Positions 24,381 through 37,416 of a DNA stretch of 64,000 bases are shown here, piece after piece. Location of the stretch: contig NC_091470.1 in NCBI RefSeq assembly GCF_036971445.1, forward strand, positions 228,036,001-228,100,000. The letters are read 5' to 3'. Made by a program: the position numbers and the translations under genes. Positions within the stretch are counted from its first letter, which is position 1. Every line of letters starts with the position of its first letter. Origin of the DNA: Narcine bancroftii (Eukaryota). Under the pieces are notes generated by a model. It saw nothing but the letters and a program-made list of their open reading frames with translations. It was not told the origin of the DNA and did no database searches.

Positions 24381-25441
24381 CCTTTCAAAAAATTTTTTTC
24401 CTTTTTGCTAATAAAATTGTAGAGCTCGTCGAAAGAATCAAAGACTTGTTGATCCAGACCAAGGCTTTTATTAGCAAAAGACAGGAGCTCTTCATAGGTG
24501 GCCGACCAGTCCGGAATGATCCGACCTGGCTAGGGACACAACCCTTTAAGGCCCAGACAGTAGGCGTGGCTAAGCTCTCAGCCAATCGCTGTAAGCACAG
24601 TCTAGATACTGTAGCTATATACACTATATACATTGGTGATAGATCTGTACTATCACACCCAGCAAATGCACAAACCTACTGAAGAAATACAGCAGATCTC
24701 TCCTGTCATCTTAGCCCTTTGTTTATACTTGCCCTCTCCTGTTTCCACTTTAATCTCAATAAAGAGTCCCAACCCAAAACCTTGACATTTCTATCCATGG
24801 ATGCTGTCCGACTCACTTGAGTTCCTTCATCTTCTCTTTGTTAATTCTTTGAGGAATTAAGATTCAACAATGCAGTCCTTGTAAGCACTTACTGCCAAGA
24901 ATGGACAAGGGATTACAATCTACTTCCCTCAATACTCAGTGCATGAATCAAGTGTGGTGTTTTTCCCATCTAGCATCATACCAGGAGGTCAGATACATTA
25001 CAGTTCAAGATAGCTATCACTACACATCCGCTCCCCACAAGTGTGCCATCCTTCAAGAGAAAGTCAACACCAGAAAAGTGTTGAGTTTCTCTTCCCCACT
25101 TTTTTTTCCACACTCCATATATTTGCATATCACATTGCTTTGTCGGGTTGCACTCTTACAACAAAAACATTTACAATTGCAGGAGACACTGCTGGGTAAA
25201 TTCTGAAAGAAAATACACATCATCATAAAGGCAATCATGTGGGATGCATTATTTGCAGAAAACAACTTTGGAAGTTGATCATATCACAGGGCAGCATAGT
25301 GGGAAACTATTCTCAGCCTGCACTCAAGGAGTTTCATTAATCCCCTAAACCCCATCCACATTATGGTCAATAACCACTCAGCAGACTCCCCCTCCACCTT
25401 CCTCCCCTACATCCCATCGTCCCCATCATCATCCCCTCCCT

Positions 25442-28400
25442 CATGGTAATTGGGATTCTTCTGACCACGAGCGAATGTTGGAGAAGGAAGGTCTTACCTC
25501 GGGTTAGATGCACAAAATGGATGTTCCACAAGGTCATGAGTTAATAATAAAATATACGGTAAGTAATACAAAAGAACTCAAGTTTCTTTATCACAATAGA
25601 AGAAACATTACATGATACCAGGAGTGGGTATCAGCAGAAGACATGAAGTGTGACAGAATATGTTGTGTTTTATATTGTATACAGATATGATTTTGGGAGA
25701 TAAAGTGTGGCAGTTTTTTTTAGTGTAGGTCACATACAAACACTTTAGATCAGATCTCATTTAAAATACTGGAGCTTTGCTCAAGCTAGACAGGCCAGCT
25801 CCAAATGCCTTTGCAAAAGCTTTGGGGAATGCCCAAGGAATTGTTGTTTTGAAAAGCAACAGATGAAAGAACTCATCGGAGCCTTAGTCTGTCTGAGTGG
25901 AGGTTACTGTTCTAAGAGGGGCATGTAGTTTTTCAAGCAGAGAGAGCAAAACAGATTTTTCTCTGAGAGAGAGAGTTCTGCAGTTTTATGATCAGCAGCA
26001 ACAGCTTGGACTGGAACTGGACAAGCTGGCAAGCTTGTGGAAAAACCCCATTTTGAAAGATGGGTTGCGTGTGTTTAGTTCAGCCTGGTCAAAGCTCGTG
26101 ATTCATTCAAGAGGAGAGGACTGGCTGCCTAATGTTTCACTTGAAATAAGAGCAATAAAAATGAACTCTGTGGTGACCTGAAAGAAAGAGGTTATCACCT
26201 GGAAAACCTTGAAGGGGCAAGTTTCTTCAGCAAGACACTGAAGTGGCTGATAAAAAGGAATCAGTTGTGGGTGTCCAGCGAACAACAAATCTCTCTCTGA
26301 AAACTGTCATGAACATTCCTGAACACTAACCATTTACCTTGCAAGCACCAAAACCTGGTGAACTTTTTAATTGTTAAATTTTGTGCACAGTATAAGGATT
26401 GCCTGCAACCATTAAACTTGGAGGAATGAGAAGTGAGATTGGACTGTGAATCAAAGAACTTACACACACATTTCAAACATGTGTCAAACATGTGTGCTTA
26501 GAATTAGAAGGGGGTTAAGTTAGGTTAATTAAGTTAATAGTGATAAGTTAAAATGTGATTCTGTTTTCATGTTTAAAGATAATTAAAAGCAACTTTTGTT
26601 TAAGTAACCATTTATCTTGGTGAATATCTATTGTTGCTGGGTTTTGGGGTTCTCTGGGCTCATTACAGAAGCCACCTGATGATGTGAATTGGACCACAGG
26701 TCGTGGTTGTTCAAACAATGATTCATGCTTTATCTGCAACCCATTGGACTTGATAGCAAACCAGATGCACAGAAGATTACACTGCTACTTACTGTGGCAG
26801 GTCCAGGGCAAGTTTGACAAGGTTATTGAGATGTTTGATGGACACTGCTCACCAAAGCAAAATTAAATGTTCGAGAGGTTCGTATTTCGCTCGCGCATGC
26901 AGCTGCAGGTAGAGAGCTTTGATACTTTTTTAACAGATTTGAAATTGAAAATAAGAACATGCAATTTTGGATTGCTTGCAAGATTCAATGATCAAATTGT
27001 GTTTGGAATTATTGACAAGGGAGAGTGAGAGGTTGCTATGAAAGAAAGAGCTTACCTTAGCTGGAGCTGTGAAGATACAATATGCCATGCCAGTGAATTT
27101 GCTCTGCAGCACATGAAAAAGTTTGATGGGAGTGCAAGGGCTGGTGAAAATGAAGGCACAGCTGTAGCTACAGTGTCTGGAAGTACACATGAACAGAGAA
27201 TGAGACATAGAAAACAATAAAAAGACAGAGAAACTTTCAATTGTAAATGATGTGTTACTTAACATGCACCAAAACAATGCCAAGCAAATGGAAGAGTCCT
27301 TAACAGTGCAAAGGACAAAATCACTCTGCAAAGCAATGTTTTCCAAAGGGAAACAAAACAGAAGTGAAGGTGAAAATTAATTCTTCGTAGGCATGGTAGC
27401 GCAAGAGGTTTCAAACCAATAGATGTTGAACAGCCAAGTGTGAACAGAGTTGAGTAGGACAAGTGGACAATGCCATTGCATGGAAATGGACCAGATATTC
27501 CTTTCAAGTTGGACAGAGGCAAAGGCTAATTTGATCTGAGAGCGCAACATCAGAGCAATGAGATAAAGTCACACATTCATTCAAATTCTATTCAGCCTAC
27601 AATGGACAGCATATTCACGTGAAAGGCACATATAGACTCAAGGTGAAAGTTAAAGAGCACCACCTCATGTTTGTAGTAGTCCCAGATGGACATGACTCAC
27701 TACTTGGTGATAAAGCATGTGAAAACTTAGGCCTAGTCAAGAGGGATTGGCATTAACAGCGCCAATGCAAGAATAGTGTAGAGGAAATACTAGATCAATT
27801 TGCAGACATCTTCAAGAGGTTTTATGTTCTATCATTCACCTACAAAATACAGTTAAAGGAGGACGCAGACATGTATTCAAGTACATACCCCAAGGTGGTT
27901 CCACCACCACTAAGGACAAGCTCAAGCAGAAGCTCAACTGAATGACATCATTAAAGTTGATAAAGAAAATGGAGGAGCCCACAGAATGGGGGAATTCAAT
28001 GGTGTGTGTCAAAAAGAATGCTGACCTATGTGTGTGCATGGACCCAAAAGACTTGAATGCCAGTATAAAGGAACATTATCACATTCCAACCAGCAATGAA
28101 ATTAAAGTGAGATGACAGGTGCAAAGTTTTTCACCAAATTGGATGCATCCCAGGGCTTCTACCAATTAAAACGGCAGGAAGATAGCACAAAATACTGTTC
28201 AATACACTGTTTGGCCCATACTCCTGTTTAAAGACACCTTTTGGAATTTCCTCAGCTCCTTTAGTGTTCCACCAGACAATGGAGCACATCATAGAAGACA
28301 TAAATGTATACATAGATGACATTGTCCTATGGGAATCCACACAGGAGCAACACAACGAGAGGTTCATCAAAGTGCTACACACATTCAGAAATATGGATTA

Positions 28401-29940
28401 AAGCTAAACAGAGAAAATTTCAGTTTGGTGTGAAGGAAATTACCTTTTTGTGAGATAAGCTGTCAGAGGCAGGTGTAGAGCTAAACAAGAGCAAGCTGAA
28501 AGGAATTCTAGACATGCCCAGACTATAGACAAAAAGAGAGTACTGGGAATGATCGATTTCAATGGTAAGTTCATACCAAACCTGTCTTCCAAAATAAAGT
28601 ATCTGAGGGAGTGGTTACATGACAAATCTGAATTCAAGTGGATGGCCAACCACAAGGAAGAATGGGGATGACTGAAGACCATTTTAACTACAGAAATGGT
28701 ACTTTTGACATTCTTTGATCCATCCAGAAGGACAAAAATATCTATGGACGTTTCAAAAGATGGAAAGGTACCATACTACTTCAAGCAGTGCGAGAAGATT
28801 GGAGGCCAGTTGCATACACATCAAGGACAATAACCACATCTGAATGTCAATATGCACAGATAGAGAGAGTGCCTAGGTCTGGTCTATGGACTAAAGAAAT
28901 TCCACCAATATTCATGGCAGAGACAGACCAAAAGCTATTAATAGCCATAATCAAAAAAAAAACCTCAGTAAGATGTCACCACGAATCCAAAGACTGATGA
29001 TGAAGCTACAACATTATGACTTTGAATTGGTGTACATACCAGGGAAACTTATTGCGGTGGCTGATACTCTGTCCAGGGAAACAACGCAGAGTGAAGCACA
29101 CAATAAGAGTTCCACGGATAAAGATGTGAATCTCTGTGTGAACTTGATCACTGAATCTCTTCCCATATCCGACTGGCATGAAATCCAAGCAGATTGTGGC
29201 TAAAACAGAAAAGGACATAGTTCTACAAAAGGTCATCAAGAATCTGAATGGAGGTTGGCCTAGAAGTGAATGTCATCAATACTACAATATCAGAGCAGAA
29301 AAGAGTGTTGTCAATGGGCTTCTACTCAGAAAGTGGAAAAATAAAGGAGGCAAAAAGCAAATTATGACAAGTCAGCAAAAGCTTAGAGTCAATGGCACAT
29401 GACACAGTGAGACTCAGAGATTCCAACACCTGGGACAAGAAGGAAGGCCACTGTCCTGGAAGAGGTAAAGGTAAGATCCTGCCATGTCAGAACAGAGAAT
29501 GATCAAATACTGAGGAGGAATCAAAAGAGCCTGCTGAAAACACAATGTTGGAAGAACAGACAAATGCAGAAATGGGAAACACCACCAGTGCTAGACAGTT
29601 GTGGACCAGAAGAGCTGACACAAGCATTAGTAAAGTAACCAACAGGCTAAGTCTCTAAAGGAAAAAGAACTGGACACTTATAATGTTTGTGCTGTTGATT
29701 TTTGTGTTCAACTTCAAATTGAAAGAATACTGTAAAACAATGTAAGATTGCTAGATTAAACATCTTAAGAAAAGGTGATGTGGTGATTGGGAGTTGGTGA
29801 TCCTCCTGACCATTAGAGAAAGCAGGAGACGAAATGTCCCACCTTGGGTTAAATGCACAAAATGGAACTTGTGAGTTAATAATAAAATATGTAATACAAA
29901 ATAACCCAAGTTTCTTTACCACAATAGAAGAAACATCACA
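25442..29940 (+). mobile_element. Old Mag-like Gypsy LTR retrotransposon, heavily decayed, interrupted by a solo LTR
   Basis: Diverged LTRs at 25442-25612 and 29779-29940. Leu-tRNA-like PBS tgataccaggagtggg at 25613. PPT aagaaaaggtga. Motifs FERFVFRSRMQ, EEPTEWGNSMVCV, YMDD-type core tacatagatgacatt and MSPRIQRLMMKLQHYDFELVYIPGK. Near-TSD tccct/tcccc. Confidence 0.85.
25649..26667 (+). repeat. Solo LTR (~1 kb) related to the Gmr1-like element at 32680-35801
   Basis: tgtgacag...cattaca with a perfect 4-bp TSD GAAG (25645-25648 and 26668-26671). Homologous in inverted orientation to 34519-35801. Confidence 0.88.
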
Positions 29941-30109
29941 TCCCCATCTTTCCACACACTGCTCCTTTTACCTTTCCTCGCTCGATTTCCCACGCTCCTT
30001 CAATAAAATTAGATAAGTGAGATGGCCGACCCGTTTCCTACTCTAAGGCAACTCAGGTCAGTCGCCAAGGAGCTCAGGAACCCACTCCGGCGCACACGCT
30101 CCTCCCCCG

Positions 30110-30665
30110 CCCCCCGAGGCAACGGCCAAACCCCCGCGCGTACTCCTCTCCCCCACCCCCCCCCCGGCAACGGCCAAACCCCCGCGCGCTTCCGACCCCG
30201 AGGCAACGGCCCAACCCCCGCGCGCACTCCCCCCCCCCACCCGACCCCGAGCAACAGCCCAACCCCCGCGCGCTTCCGACCCCGAGGCAACGGCCCAAAT
30301 CCCGCGCGCACTCCCCCCCCACCCGACCCCGAGCAACGGCCCAAATCCCGCGCGCACTCCCCCCCCACCAGACCCCGAGCAACGGCCCAAATCCCGCGCG
30401 CACTCCCCCCCCACCCGACCCCGAGCAACGGCCCAACCCCCGCGCGCTTCCGACCCCGAGGCAACGGCCCAAATCCCGCGCGCACTCCCCCACCCCACCC
30501 GACCCCGAGGCCAACGGCCCAACCCCCGCGCGCTTCCGACCCCGAGGCAACGGCCCAAATCCCGCGCGCACTCCCCCCCCACCCGACCCCGAGCAACGGC
30601 CCAAATCCCGCGCGCACTCCCCCCCCCACCCGACCCCGAGCAACGGCCGAACACCCAGCGCGCGC
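30110..30665. repeat. CpG-rich VNTR, 13 units of two alternating variants (~36 and ~46 bp)
   Basis: Core ccgaccccgag(g)caacggcccaa(a/c)(t/c)cccgcgcgc, followed by either actcccccccca or tt. Confidence 0.95.
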
Positions 30666-31839
30666 TGTCCCTGTGGTGCGCGACCAAATGAAATTCCTTC
30701 CGTCATATTCCGCCGCATTAACACACACTAATCGCTAGAAGTGGGCAACGAGATGGTTATATAGAAGAAAGAAAACATAATGTAAGTGTAGTAGTAATAG
30801 CTTTTTTTAAAGCAGTGAGGATTTCTAACCCTTGAGAGCTTGTGGTTTGAAATGGGCGTGACATTACATTGTGCTCCTTATATCAACTCCATTTAAATCC
30901 ACAACCTACCTTGGTCACACACAAGGAAATCCAGGTCTGCCTCACGATTAACTCTTGCACTATGCAGGATGGCACAAGTGCGTCGGGGCAGTTCATCAAC
31001 GTCATGAAAGCCAAGCTTCAGTGCCAGGGCTCGGTATCATGAGGGAGGGGGTACTGGGGCATTCGAGGGCTATGCCCCCCCAATTGTACCCCCCCCCCCC
31101 CAGCCACTGCACAAGCATCACTCGGGAGTTGTGGGTCATGTGAAAAGTCGGCTCAGTGCGTGGCCTCCAGGTGCGAGAGCATGTAGTGACCTGAATGGGA
31201 TAGGATAGGGTTTGCCTTTGAGCCCCAAAATGCCTGAGTGACCAAACGTATTCATATAGGCTGCCAACGGGGCCCAAAAAAAAGACAGATGAAAACTTGC
31301 CTCAGCAGCAGCCAGCACATTTGGTCAAGGGTGAATTGAGAAAGTCTGGGGGATGTGTTTGTACCTATGGGAACAGATCCAGCAATCTATTGGGATGTAC
31401 TCAAACCATATGGATCCCATGGAAAACCATTCTCTTGTGAATTTCAAGCATTGACAGTCATCAGAGACTGTTAAAAGAATTAACAAACGAACATGGATTA
31501 AATCGAAAGCCACATTCTGCACAACTCTGATGGACACTTATCAGTGGTGGAAAACTTTATGATTGGAAGATAGTTTTAATTTACAATTGCGAACTGCAGC
31601 CCCCCCCCCCCCCCACACCACTGAGTGAGTTCTTGAACAGCAGTATGTGCCCCCCCTCCCCCCACCACAATTATCCTAATGCTCCCGATTAGATCTATTC
31701 TGATGCTGACTCTGGTCACTGTCTGGAATGGTGGTGCCAACACTCAGGACAGAAAAACTCCAGAGGGTTGTTAACTTGTCCTGCAACATCACAGGCACTA
31801 GAAATCACTCCATCAAGGACATTTACAAGAGTGATCCTC

Positions 31840-32675
31840 ATCACATAGTTCCACCTCCTGACCTTCTCCCCATAACCCTTGATCCCCTAACTAATTAAAT
31901 ATCTCAATTTTTTTGTCTTAAATATACCCAATGACTTCACTTCCACAGCCGTCTGTGGCAACAAGTTCCACAGACTCACAACCTCTGGCTAAATTCTCTG
32001 CATTTCTGTTTTAAATTAACACCTTTTTATCCTGAAATTGTGGCCTTGTCTCAGACTCAGCTACCATGGGAAACAACTGTCACATCTACTCTGTCCAGGC
32101 CTTTCAATATTTGAAATGTCTCTATGAGGTCCTCCCTCATTCTTCTGTACTCCAACAAGTACAGTTCAAGAGCCGACAAATGTTCCTCATCTACTATCCC
32201 TTTCATTCCTGGTATAATTTTAGTAAATCTTTGAACCCTCTCCAATGCCAGCACATTCTTTTTCAATTAAAGTGACCAAAACTGTGCACAGTACTCTGTC
32301 CTACCAGCACCCTAAAGAGTTTCATCTTACATCCCTGCTGTTATATGCTATTCCTGAATGAATGCCAACATTCCATTCGCTTTCTTCACTGCCGACTCAT
32401 CTTGGAGGTAAACCTTTAGGGTATCCTGCAAGAGGACTCCCAAGTTCTTTTGAACCTCTGAATTTTGCATTTTATCCCCATCTAAATAATAGTCTCCCAT
32501 CTATTTAATACATTGAAGTGTATGACTGTACACTTATAACATTGTATTTCATCTGCCATCTCCTTGCCCATTCCCCTAATCTATCCAAATCTCTTTGCAG
32601 CCTTTCCATGTCCTCAGCACCACCTATTTTGGTGTCACCCACAAATTTAGCTACAAAGTTATCTATTCCATTATT
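31840..32675 (-). mobile_element. CR1 LINE 3' fragment
   Basis: Minus strand LERVQRFTKIIPGMKG...LELYLLEYRRMREDLIETFQILKGLD. Confidence 0.85.
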
Positions 32676-32679
32676 GTCG

Positions 32680-35600
32680 ATGTAGAGTAATTGTGAGAGT
32701 AAGGATTTCTCTTTATCAAGGAAAGAGTTACCTTGCTCTTTTAAAACTATTTCAGGAGGTAGACAAAGACCTTGTTACAGCACATGCAGGATATATCTCA
32801 TAATCCTCTTCAACTTCATCCTTACTAGGCCAATTTGTTAATCTCAAAACTGACCCAACTTTATCCTCTGCCAAATCATTCCCTAATAAAAATAAGACAC
32901 CCTGCATGGGTAACCACTACAACAGCTCCTTTAATTCTAAATTCAGCACTATGCTGTGAAGAGATATTGACTCTACCTCACCTCCAACACCTTTAATCAT
33001 AGTTGTCTCCCCTGCGTCAATCTTCTGATCCACAGTTAAAACATTTTCCAGCAACAGTGACTGAGCAGCCCCAGTATCTCTAAGAATTTTAACTGGAACC
33101 TGTGGTTCTCCCTCCTTTACTGAAACCAAGCCCTCTAACACAAAAGGTTTGAAAACATCCATGACACCCTTACCAGGTTTGGAACATCTGCTCTCCTTAA
33201 ATTCAACTGTCTGAATACATGCTTCTGGTAAAACCTCCTTTTTTCGTCTCTTTTTCAATACGAGATAATTCGCAATAACATGACCAGGTTTCTTACAAAA
33301 ATGACATACAAATGCAGAAGTTCTGTCCTTTCCCACCTTACCTTCATCTTTTCTCTTAACATTCTCTCCAGACTTAATTTCAGTCTTACTTGTCTGCTCC
33401 ACATTAACCTTCTGAACAGGCTGACTAATCTGTTCCACATTAACTCTCTGAAAAGGTTTACTATTCTGAAATGCATTTTTGTGAATTAGGGCAAATTTGT
33501 CGCTAATCTAGCTGTTTTCCCCCACGCCTCTCTCATCCAGGTATAATTTAATCTCATTTGGAACACACTTTTTAATTTCCTCAATTAATATCAATTCTCT
33601 CAATCTGTCAAGATCATTATTTATTGCTTTTGAGGCACACCAATGGTGAAAACATAGAGATTTTCTCAGAGCAAAATCCATATAAGATTGATTCCATGTT
33701 TTCACGAAACTCCTAAATTTTTGTGTTTATGGCTCCAGAACCAACTCATAAGCTTTCGATACTGCTTGTATCATAATTTGCCACTTGCTCTGTAGTCAAT
33801 CTAGAGTATGCAATTTGTGCTTTTCCTTTCAATACACTTTGGAGCATAAGAGGCCATTTTTCTTTTGCCCATCTTGATCTTTCAGCAACTTTTTCAAAAA
33901 TCTGAAAATATATATATCTCCCTCATCAAAAGGAGGAACTGGATTTACCTCTCTACTAGCCAAAAACCTCTCCCCAGAAGTTACAGCTTCAATTCTCTTA
34001 CTTCCCTCCATCTCCAATTTTAACTTCTCTAATTGAAACCCTCTGTCCCTTTCAATTTCCTTGCTCCGTCTTTCAGCTACCTCTAACTCATATTTCCTCC
34101 ATTTTTCAGTTTCCTGTGCCTCATATATCCTCTGTTTTTCAGCCTATTTGTTTTTCAGCTTGGTCTGCCTCATATTGTCTCTTTCTCAGCCTCTAACATG
34201 CTCCATTTCTGTCTTTCCTCTTCCACCCTCAATTTCTCCAATTCCAATTACAACTCAACAAATCTATCCTCTGGAAAATTTTCTTTTTCACTATATTTCA
34301 CTATAATCCTCTCTATTTGTATTTTCCTCATCCAATGCTTGACTTCAGTCAGTTTTAATGCCTTAGAAATAACCCTCTTTTTTCTGGCTCTGCAGGTGAT
34401 GGTTGTGACAAAAAATGTATCAACATCCATTGCTTTAAAAATAAGCTTTAAAAAACCCAATTAACTAATAAATCACCGAAAATCCAATTTTCAATCTGAA
34501 AGGACGATCCCCATAAAATGTTACGAGCCCAGAGCAGCAATAGATATTCACCAAGGAAAATGGTTACTTAAAGCAAACAGAATCACACTTTAACTTATCA
34601 CTATTAATTTAACCCCACTCTAATTCTAAGCGCACATGTGTGTGTTAATTTAAGACAAGTTGTTTGGTCCACAGTTCAACCTCACTTCTCATTCTTCCAA
34701 GTTCACTGGTTGCAGGCCATTCATATATTGTGCACAGAATTTAACATGTATAAAGTTCACCAGGCTTTGGTGCTTGAAAGGTAAATGTTTACTGCTCAGG
34801 AAGGTTCTTGTAGGTTTGCAGAGAGAGATGCGTGGTTCCAGAATTTTCACAACTGAGGTACCACCATTAGTCACCTCAAAGTCTTACTGATGAAACTTGG
34901 GGCAAGTTTCTAGATGATAACCTTTTTCTTTCAGGCTACCACAGAGTTCCTTTCTGTTCCCCTTATTCCAAGTGAATCATGAGACAGATAGCACATCTAG
35001 CCATCTGCCAGTCTGGAGTTTCTGTTTCAGTTCCAACAAGCTTCTCCTGGCATGTTACAGTTTTCTGTGTCACACACAGTCAAAGACTCCCTTCTATCTC
35101 TCTCTCTCTATCTGAGATTCAAAACTGCCAGCAGCATGTCCTCTCTCTCACTTGCAAAACCCCTGACCTTCTCCAGCAAATAATAGGAGTTAGTCTTCTG
35201 CTCCATCTGTTGCTTTAGGTAAACAATAATCTCTCAATGAATGACCTCTGAGTGAGAACTTTGCAGAGAGGTCAAAAACCTTCCAAAAAGGTCCAAAACA
35301 GACAACCTGACTCTGGTTGTTCTTCCACGACAATAGTCTATTCATTTCATGACATCATTTCAATTAGCACCTACATGTGAAATGTGCATAGCATTCTCCA
35401 TAGTTTCTGTAAAGTCACTGATATTAATTCTTTGGTATTTCAAATAAAATCTGTTTTAAAATGTGTGTATGTATGTAACCTACTCTAATTTTACCAATTT
35501 ATCTCCCAATAACATTCCCAAATATTCATCACAGTACACCTCCAGACTATCTGTGGCTCCGACAAGCTCTTTCATCTGTTGCCTTTTTGTAAACAACAAT

Positions 35601-35801
35601 CCATTAGTGAAGTCCCTTGGGTACTCTCCAAAGGTTTTGCAAAGGCACTCGGAGCTGCCCTGTCTAGCTTGAGCAGAGCTCCAGTATTTTAAATGAGATT
35701 TGTTTTGAAGTGTTTGTATGTGACCTACACTAAAAAACCTGCCACAATTTATCTCCCAAAAACATCTATATACAATATAAAACACAACATAATCTGTCAC
35801 A
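32680..35801 (-). mobile_element. 3'-truncated Gmr1-like Gypsy element: 5' LTR (34519-35801), PBS, SCAN-like gag and protease
   Basis: LTR with TG...CA ends. Degenerate Pro-tRNA-like PBS TGGGGATCGTCC (34502-34513, minus). Motifs VPPFDE, LRELILIEEIKKCVPNEIKLYLDER (SCAN-like capsid), CHFCKKPGH and VKILRDTGAAQSLL. Confidence 0.85.
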
Positions 35802-37416
35802 GCCCTCACACCCAAAGTGTCTCTTTTTCTTGATGAAAATGAATGCAAAGTACTTATTTAGGTTCTTAACAATATCCTCAGCATCCACATGCAAGTTCCC
35901 ACTTTTATCCTTAATAGGCCCACTCCTTGATGTTCTACTCTATTAATACGTATGTCTTTTGAATCCCTTTGCATTCCCATTTATGTTAACAGCTATTTTT
36001 TCTCATACTCTGTTTTTGCTTATCATTTTAATTTTCACTTTCAGATTCTTTTGTAATCAGCCTCATTCTTTCTGGTATTGACAACTTAATACTTGATGTA
36101 TACAACCTTTTTTTGGTTTATCTTGCTCTGCATCTCATTATCCAGGGAGATCTGGCTTTGTTTTTTTTTAAATCCTTTTCCCCTCAGGAAATGTGCCTGA
36201 GTTGTAACAATATTTTCCTTAAAGATGGTCCAAGTTCTGTCAATGTTTGTTTCTTTTTTACTGAGATCAGATCCATTCTCATCCCATTGAAATCAGTTTT
36301 TTTTTCAATTAATTTGGACCACTCCTAACAACAGTCAGAGGTCTCCACCTAATTGAAAAGGATATCCATTATTTTGGTGCCCAAGAACAAGATGACTTGT
36401 CTCAACATCTATCAGCTGATGTCACTGACATCTTCTGTGGTGACATGCTTTGAGAGATTGATTCTGGACTGAATCAACTACTATCTCAGGATCTGGACCC
36501 ATTTCAATTTGCCTATTATCCTGCTAGCCCTCCACTCTGTTAGCTCACCTAGGCCACAGGAGCACCTTGGTCAAACAGTTTTTCATTGACAGCAGCTTGA
36601 TATTTAACACTACCATAACATGACCAAGCTAAATGATCTGAGACTGTACATCCTTCTGCAACTGGATCGTTGACATCCTTATTGACAAACCTTGATCAGC
36701 ACTATCACCTCCTCCTCTCTGACCATCAACACAGGGGCACCCAAGGGTGCATGCTTAGACACCTATTCTATTCCATGTACACTCATGAATGAATAACAGT
36801 TCAGCTCCAATTCAATCTACAAATTTGCTGATGACATCACCTTTGTTGACTGAAATGTGGAGTCAGAATACAGGATGGAGATAGAAGCTGGTTGGTGGTG
36901 TTAGAACAACAAAGTTGCTCTCAACATCACCAAGACGAGGAGTTTGTTGTTGGTTTTAGAAAGGAGGGGTCAAGGGATCATGCAACATTCTGCATTGATA
37001 GGACAGAGATGGAGAGGGTTAGGACCTTCAAATTCCTATATTTCAGAAGTCTTTTGGAGTAGGCACATCGAGGCAACTATGAAGGCACACCAATGCTTGA
37101 ATATTCTAAGGAGTCTGAGTAGATTTGGCATGTTGGAAACTATCAAACTCATGCAGGTGAGCCATAGAAATTATACTGACTCTTGTATTATAGCGTGGTT
37201 TGGATATTTGAATGCTCTAGAACAGGGATGGTCAAACTTTTTTGGTTGTGGACCACAGACAGAAAAATGTAAGGAATCATGGGCTAAACAATATTAAGCC
37301 CAGCAGTTTTCTTGCGGGAAAAAAAGCAGGAGCGTTTCTATTGATTGATTTATTTATTCATGCAGCAGAATCTAGTGCTGAAACTAAGAAGTGCAATGTA
37401 TCATTGCTATTTATTA

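Larger units (their letters stand above)
19732..24657 (-). mobile_element. Near full-length Ty3/Gypsy LTR retrotransposon (gag-pro-RT-RH-IN) with frameshifts
   Basis: 240-bp TG...CA LTRs at 19732-19971 and 24418-24657 that differ at only about 7 sites. PPT aagaaggggtgaa next to 19971. All pol domains are present in Gypsy order. Confidence 0.95.

Noticed and set aside
30009-30738. Four long overlapping ORFs (209-239 aa) on both strands
   Set aside because: They result from a stop-poor GC-rich tandem repeat, and frame-shifting C-run length variation argues against coding.
25649-35801. Two related ~1-kb LTRs read as one element or as an inversion boundary
   Set aside because: They are in opposite orientation and clearly diverged, and the first has its own GAAG TSD, so they are independent insertions.
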